Of a stretch of 64,000 nucleotides of DNA, positions 58,512-64,000 are shown in pieces (positions within the stretch are counted from its first letter, which is position 1; each line of letters starts with the position of its first letter). This DNA is from a virus (lineage: Duplodnaviria; Caudoviricetes): the IMG/VR virus record IMGVR_UViG_3300033072_000529, one strand, 5' to 3'. The notes under the pieces are model-generated. The model made no database searches, was not told the DNA's origin, and was given only the letters and a program-made list of their open reading frames with translations. A program made the translations under genes and the position numbers.

Positions 58512-58711
58512 ATAATATTACATATATACCTGGGTCTTTAACTATGCATGCGATCCATTCTAAAAATCACATACATGACCGAGATGTGTTAGTATCCAAC
58601 GATAGAAATATATTTGAAATATCATGTCATCCTTGGCTGTTTTTGGATGATATTTGGTGGATAAGTTGTAATCTGGAAAGAATAGACCTCGTAGACATAG
58701 TTAATCGATAA
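58508..58711 (+). CDS. short paralog array member 5
   Basis: MNNITY...IVNR. Confidence 0.55.
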   Translation: MNNITYIPGSLTMHAIHSKNHIHDRDVLVSNDRNIFEISCHPWLFLDDIWWISCNLERIDLVDIVNR

Positions 58712-58716
58712 ACAAT

Positions 58717-59151
58717 ATGTACAATATAAACCGTAGATACAATCCCGACATTGAAGCTCCGAGAGAATCATACGATACCTTTCAAGGTAAATGTATTAGA
58801 TGGTCACGTCTAAGTGATGATGTAAGCATTAATCCAGTACGTAATCATTTAGCTAATACATCCGCTATTGATATAACAGACACCGCACGTATATGTAATA
58901 TGGATAGTAAATTACATAGATATATAACATATGGATATAATTATATTAATACCCATATTAATACCCATATTACCCATCGTAGTAGACTATCTGATTTGCC
59001 ATTGACATGGTTTGCTATTCCGGCTGCAACCTGTATAGGGAGTCAGGGCGTAAAAAACCCCTCAATGGTTATTGACTTAACATATAAACCTGTTAATGAA
59101 ATCAGCGCATACCCCAATACGTATATATCAGAAGATTCTAGAAACAGATGA
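58717..59151 (+). CDS. short paralog array member 6
   Basis: MYNIN...SEDSRNR. Confidence 0.6.
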   Translation: MYNINRRYNPDIEAPRESYDTFQGKCIRWSRLSDDVSINPVRNHLANTSAIDITDTARICNMDSKLHRYITYGYNYINTHINTHITHRSRLSDLPLTWFAIPAATCIGSQGVKNPSMVIDLTYKPVNEISAYPNTYISEDSRNR

Positions 59152-59189
59152 AAGAACAACCCTTTGAACTAAGTATTATTTCAGCGTAT

Positions 59190-60914
59190 ATGAAAATTTT
59201 ATCTATATTTCTGCTGAGCCTGTTAATGTCGATCCAATCCGTTTATTCTAATGGATTGGATGTGCAATTAACAAAACATTATGTCCAACATAAGACTACT
59301 ATAAACAAAACAGTTGTAGATGATTACACATTTGTAAGACGGGTGTATTTGGATATAGGAGGTAGAATACCAACCCTGGAAGAAATAAAAACCTATGTGT
59401 CCAGTAGAGAACCGGATAAGAAGTCTAAATTGATAGACAATCTTTTATATTCAGAAGATTATGTGAATAATTTCTATAACTATTGGGCTGATACCCTTCG
59501 TATACGTCCTGATAGATTATCAGACGATGTTGCATTATTGAAATCATATCCATATATGGAAGTGGTGAGAAATAATATTCGCTCTGATAAACCCTTGAAT
59601 GTATGGGTTAAGGAAATGCTAACTGCTCAAGGGACCATTATGGATAATGGTAATTCCGGTTATCTGTTGCGGGATACGGGTATGTTGCTAGATAATTTAG
59701 CTACCACGGTGGAGTTATTTATGGGCAAGAATTTATCATGTGCACAATGCCATGATGATCCTTTCCAAGATTACACACAATTACAATTCTATCAAATGGC
59801 ATCATTTTTTGGGGGTGTAGAAAGTCGTCAAGCCCGCAAAAACTACAATGAAGTATTAACCCGTGTAGATGAAGAAATTAAGAAAATAACAGGTAAAGAC
59901 CGTATAGATAATAATATACGTCAACTACTATCCGCCAATATGTTTAGCATACAGGATAATAATGCCAAGAAGCTACGTTTACCATTTGACTACAAGTATG
60001 ACAATGCAAAGCCTAATCAAGAGATAGCACCTGTATCCTTGGACGGTAAAATTCAAAAGGTTAAAGAGTCTCCGAGAAATGATTTTGCATCATGGTTAAT
60101 CGCTCAACCTGAATTCACCTATGCCTATGTGAATCGTATATGGAATGAATTAGTGGGTATACCGTTGGCTAAACCTATGGATAATTTTGATATACATATG
60201 TCGGAGAACGGCGAGGTTATCGCATATCTAGGTAAGCGATTCCAAGACTATAATTATAGTACAAAGGCTCTAGTTAAAGAGATTACTATGTCAGATTTTT
60301 ATAGCAGACCTGCATACACGGGTGCTGACGACAAATATGCATTACAGAGTATATTAGTTAAGCGTTTAACATCATATCAAATGTGGGATAGTTTATTATC
60401 TCTGATATTAGATGATCCTAATTATACACGGGTATCTTTCCAAGATTATTCCAAGTTGGTAACAGTTGACTGGACAGATGTAACTGGACAGAAATTGTTA
60501 GATCAAATGGAATCCATTCGACAATATGATCAAAAACTTCAACAAAATATACTCAAATATAAAGGTATCGATTTAGTGCGTTCTTGTTTTCTATTAAATC
60601 GTAATAATTTCGTGGGTAATTTCCTAAAAGAATTTGGGTCTAGTGATCGTATATTAATCGATGCTACTAATGACAAAGGCTCTATAACACAGATATTAGT
60701 GCTGATGAACTCCCCATTACTGGATGTCATTGCGGAGAATAAGAGTCAAATAATAAATGCATGGCAAAAACATAATAAAGATAAAAATATATTATTTTTA
60801 AGTATTATGGGTCGTCCGTATAGTATAATGGAAAAGTCTGTGGTGGAACGCACAGAGGTAAGAGATTTGGTGTGGGCATTGATCAACACTAGAGAGTTCA
60901 TGTTTAGAAAATAA
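59190..60914 (+). CDS. DUF1549 + DUF1553 (PSD1/PSCyt2-type) protein with signal peptide
   Basis: DDYTFVRRVYLDIGGRIPT, LIDNLL.S..Y, CAQCHDDPF, VNRIW..L.G, DLVWALINTREF. Confidence 0.92.
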   Translation: MKILSIFLLSLLMSIQSVYSNGLDVQLTKHYVQHKTTINKTVVDDYTFVRRVYLDIGGRIPTLEEIKTYVSSREPDKKSKLIDNLLYSEDYVNNFYNYWADTLRIRPDRLSDDVALLKSYPYMEVVRNNIRSDKPLNVWVKEMLTAQGTIMDNGNSGYLLRDTGMLLDNLATTVELFMGKNLSCAQCHDDPFQDYTQLQFYQMASFFGGVESRQARKNYNEVLTRVDEEIKKITGKDRIDNNIRQLLSANMFSIQDNNAKKLRLPFDYKYDNAKPNQEIAPVSLDGKIQKVKESPRNDFASWLIAQPEFTYAYVNRIWNELVGIPLAKPMDNFDIHMSENGEVIAYLGKRFQDYNYSTKALVKEITMSDFYSRPAYTGADDKYALQSILVKRLTSYQMWDSLLSLILDDPNYTRVSFQDYSKLVTVDWTDVTGQKLLDQMESIRQYDQKLQQNILKYKGIDLVRSCFLLNRNNFVGNFLKEFGSSDRILIDATNDKGSITQILVLMNSPLLDVIAENKSQIINAWQKHNKDKNILFLSIMGRPYSIMEKSVVERTEVRDLVWALINTREFMFRK

Positions 60915-60918
60915 GTTT

Positions 60919-62223
60919 ATGAAAACATCACATAATGATATATCCCGGCGTTTGTTCATGGAACAATTCGCATATTCTACCTTAGGTGTATCTACACTAG
61001 GGTCTATTGCCCAGGCTGTAGAAAGTAATCCTGCTACAAAATTTGGCAAAGCTAAGCATCTAGTACTCATTCGACTGGAAGGTGGTATGAGTCATGTGGA
61101 TTCTTTTGATCCAAAAGACAATACTGCTATGAACGGCGGATTGGCACCGATTGCCACCAATATTCCAGGGATGCGTTTATCACCGTATTTCTCCCAATTA
61201 GCTAAACATGGAGATAAATTCACCCTTCTTCAAGGAATGACATCCAAAAGTGGAGCACATAGCCAATCTAGCTACACTATGAAAACTTCTTATACCAAGA
61301 GTTCCTTGATAGTTCATCCTACTCTTGGTCCCATACGCTCCTTCTTAAAAGGCCGAGTACATAAAACTTTACCAGATACTATATCAATTAACCCTTCTAC
61401 CGATAATCCTGGCAGGGGTTATCTAGGATCACAATATACTCCTTTACCTATACAGAATCCATTAGAAGGATTACGATATAGCAAATTATTAGTATCTGAT
61501 ACATCATTCAATAATAGAATGGCAGTATTAAATGCATTGGATTCTTCATTTAGAAAACAGTTTAATTCTCCTGATGTTTCCTCTTATTCCACTTTATATG
61601 ATGAAACCCTCAAGACTCTCAAATCAGAGGATTTGAAAGCTTTTGATTTGGCCCAAGAGTCTAAAGAAACCCGTGAAAAATATGGAATGGATAATTTCGG
61701 ACAAGGTATGTTATTAGCTCGACGTTTGATTGATACTGGTATACCGGTGGTTGAAATAACATTGGGTAGCTGGGATTTCCATAATGATATTCAAGATAAT
61801 ATGGAAAAGAAGACTGCTATTTTAGATAAAGCCTTGGCAGCATTTTTAGAAGAACTGCATGTATCGGGTAAATTATCTGAAACTGTTATAAGTGTAGTAT
61901 CAGAATTTGGTAGAACTCCTGCATATAGGGAAAATGGTGCTATTGTAGCATACAATAAGAATAATGGTCGGGATCACTACCCTGGCGCATTTTCCTGTCT
62001 AGTTGCTGGCTGTGGTCTAGGTGGCAAAGTGATCGGAAAGACGGACGACACCGCAGAGCATGTCGTGGAGCGTCCTACGACGTTCGGAGAGTTGAATGCG
62101 ACACTAGCACACCTGCTAGGCATAGACGCTGCTAAACCCTGGCTAACGCCATCAGATAGCTCAGCCCCCGGTCGTCCTATGACCGTAGGAAACGGGGCAA
62201 AACCGATTTCTGAATTACTGTAA
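60919..62223 (+). CDS. DUF1501 domain protein with Tat signal
   Basis: SRRLF Tat motif, GGMSHVDSFDPK, FGQG.LLARRL, WDFH, SEFGRTP, GRDH. Confidence 0.92.
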   Translation: MKTSHNDISRRLFMEQFAYSTLGVSTLGSIAQAVESNPATKFGKAKHLVLIRLEGGMSHVDSFDPKDNTAMNGGLAPIATNIPGMRLSPYFSQLAKHGDKFTLLQGMTSKSGAHSQSSYTMKTSYTKSSLIVHPTLGPIRSFLKGRVHKTLPDTISINPSTDNPGRGYLGSQYTPLPIQNPLEGLRYSKLLVSDTSFNNRMAVLNALDSSFRKQFNSPDVSSYSTLYDETLKTLKSEDLKAFDLAQESKETREKYGMDNFGQGMLLARRLIDTGIPVVEITLGSWDFHNDIQDNMEKKTAILDKALAAFLEELHVSGKLSETVISVVSEFGRTPAYRENGAIVAYNKNNGRDHYPGAFSCLVAGCGLGGKVIGKTDDTAEHVVERPTTFGELNATLAHLLGIDAAKPWLTPSDSSAPGRPMTVGNGAKPISELL

Positions 62224-62295
62224 TAATATATTAAACAATAAACCGTTATTATAGACTTACAAAATTCTCAAATTGTAAATTTAAATTTAATATCC

Positions 62296-63372
62296 TCAAC
62301 GGTAAATTAAGGAGAAACCTCGATTCAATATATTTTTAGCAGCATTTGTATCAGCATGGTCAGTGTGATTACATTTCATACAACTAAATTTATCTTGTGT
62401 TAATCGATTATTCCTATCAGAATGACCACAAGAATTACATATTTGGCTCGTATAAGATGGATTTACACTTGTAAATCGAACACGGTTCTCTTCACAGTTT
62501 CTTTCCAATCTAGATAACCAATATCTATAATTCCAATTACTAATAGTTTTTCTTGAAGACTTATTAAGTTTTTTACGCTTCTTAGTCTGGAAATTCATAT
62601 TTTTTAATCTTTCAACTATAATTCGTTGAAGATTATTATTTGTCCTAAAAATCTCTTTTGCCGTAAAATCAATATAATGTCTCAAATAATTCCTCAACCT
62701 CTTTTGTCTATTGGAACCATGTTTACATCTATTGATTTTTAGTATAATATCTTCTATTTTATCACCTATTCTCTGTCCATCATTAGTAGTAGCAAGACAC
62801 TTTATTCCCGTATCAATTCCTATAATTTTACCAAATTCTTTCTTCGGACCAACATCTATTTCAAATACAAATTGAATATAATCTTTGGTAATAATATAAG
62901 AATTCAATCTTTTACCTTTTTCTAACCAATAATTAAATTGTTTATGTTTCTTAATAGGAATATCTAATTTAACTTTATTACCAATTGATTGTAAATGAAG
63001 AAAGCAATCAAATGATGAATTGGAATCTTGTAATTCCGCAATAGTAGAAGAACATGTTATCCTTTGACCTCTATGTATAGGTTTATTAATTTTATTTGGT
63101 TTATCTTTCCATCTTTCGCGCACTGCCAAGATCATATCAATAGCTTCTCTTGCTGCAACTTTTCTCATTCTTGCTGAGAACCAAGTAATGTTTATGGGTA
63201 AATCAATAATAGGTTTTAATAATTTACCTTTATCTAATTTATCCTTTAACCAAAAAAATTCTATGAAGAAATTAACTACATTAGAATATTCTTTTAATAT
63301 CATATCTAATGTTTGTTTTTTCTTAGTTGTAGCAAATTTAGTGCTACATTTAACTGCTCTAATTATCTTCAC
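62296..63372 (-). CDS. tnpB: TnpB (IS200/IS605-family RNA-guided endonuclease, Cas12f-like)
   Basis: RuvC IGIDTG / IIVERL / ADTNAA.NI; Zn finger TSQICNSCG...CMKC. Confidence 0.92.
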   Translation of the reverse strand: MKIIRAVKCSTKFATTKKKQTLDMILKEYSNVVNFFIEFFWLKDKLDKGKLLKPIIDLPINITWFSARMRKVAAREAIDMILAVRERWKDKPNKINKPIHRGQRITCSSTIAELQDSNSSFDCFLHLQSIGNKVKLDIPIKKHKQFNYWLEKGKRLNSYIITKDYIQFVFEIDVGPKKEFGKIIGIDTGIKCLATTNDGQRIGDKIEDIILKINRCKHGSNRQKRLRNYLRHYIDFTAKEIFRTNNNLQRIIVERLKNMNFQTKKRKKLNKSSRKTISNWNYRYWLSRLERNCEENRVRFTSVNPSYTSQICNSCGHSDRNNRLTQDKFSCMKCNHTDHADTNAAKNILNRGFSLIYR

Positions 63373-63455
63373 AAAAAGTATTTATACAAAACGGATTATT
63401 TTGTAAAATACTTTAACCCTTATTTTAAATTTTTGTAGATTTTATTTTAACTGTT

Positions 63456-63488
63456 ATAAACCCACTATAGTTCATATAGTGGGTTTAT
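63456..63488. other. perfect 14-bp stem hairpin (IS left-end hairpin or terminator)
   Basis: ATAAACCCACTATA-gttca-TATAGTGGGTTTAT. Confidence 0.7.
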
Positions 63489-63546
63489 TGTTGATAGATA
63501 AACTGTCGGAGTTTATCGTGTTTTGATAAACTGATTAAATACATGA

Positions 63547-63903
63547 ATGGCTGATATTATCCCTATTTTCAATACCTCAACTGTTGAGTTGACAACTGCA
63601 CAAGTGATAGCACAGGAGTTAAAAACTCTACTAATAGAGGGACAATCGAAATTAGTTGCTATTCATCAAGAACCATTTAATAAACTATGGAAACGTACTG
63701 CTGAATTAGGTGTTGATCCCCAGGATGTATTAGATGTATTGGGTACAGATGGTATAAAAATGTTCCAATATGGTGGAGAATTTATCACCTTTTTATTAGG
63801 TGGTTATGGCAACCAACCTATCGCTAATATAGCACCTGTAGATTATACTCCGCCATTCACTGTTACATTCTCCGCCTCTGGTGTTAATTTAATAAAACCG
63901 TAA
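63547..63903 (+). CDS. hypothetical late protein
   Basis: TAAATA 5 nt upstream. Confidence 0.7.
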   Translation: MADIIPIFNTSTVELTTAQVIAQELKTLLIEGQSKLVAIHQEPFNKLWKRTAELGVDPQDVLDVLGTDGIKMFQYGGEFITFLLGGYGNQPIANIAPVDYTPPFTVTFSASGVNLIKP

Positions 63904-64000
63904 CACCGTTCATACGGGCTGGATTTTATTAAATTATAAGGGAATAGAATTTCCCCTTGTACCACTTCTGACACAAAGTGTTTCTGATGATCTTCGATCA

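Larger units (their letters stand above)
62242..63490 (-). mobile_element. TnpB-only IS200/IS605-like element (no TnpA in window)
   Basis: Lower GC than flanks; ACCGTT/AACGGT pairing at 3' end; upstream hairpin; boundaries approximate. Confidence 0.5.

Noticed and set aside
62296-63372. Cas12f/Cas14 CRISPR effector
   Set aside because: No adjacent repeat-spacer array seen; size and motifs fit TnpB
1-64000. Stop-codon reassignment (alternative genetic code)
   Set aside because: Genes are full length under the standard code, TAG and TGA both terminate genes, and no suppressor tRNA (CTA/TCA/TTA) was found

Overview
AT-rich (roughly one-third GC by eye) segment of a large T4-like (myovirus/jumbo) phage genome. 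Replication genes: gp32-like SSB, gp45 sliding clamp, gp44 clamp loader, RNase H/5'-exonuclease. Virion genes: split gp5 spike, gp53, gp48/54-like, gp4, gp19-like tail tube, large fibre-like proteins. Lysis enzymes: PG-binding+CHAP and an M23 peptidase. Accessory content: PhoH, a glycosylation/sulfation cassette next to a mucin-like virion protein, a nucleotide/RNA-repair (anti-defence-like) cluster, a 29-gene tRNA array covering all 20 amino acids with several structurally aberrant tRNAs, split coaB/coaC, IF-1, a class II aaRS-like + MazG pair, an array of short paralogous ORFs, a DUF1549/DUF1553 + DUF1501 pair typical of Planctomycetes/Verrucomicrobia (suggesting a PVC host), and a stand-alone TnpB. 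Many genes have a promoter (TTGAC-16bp-TAnnnT or TAAATA) only 5-10 nt upstream of the start codon, implying largely leaderless mRNAs. Family calls come from motif recognition by eye; no database searches were run.
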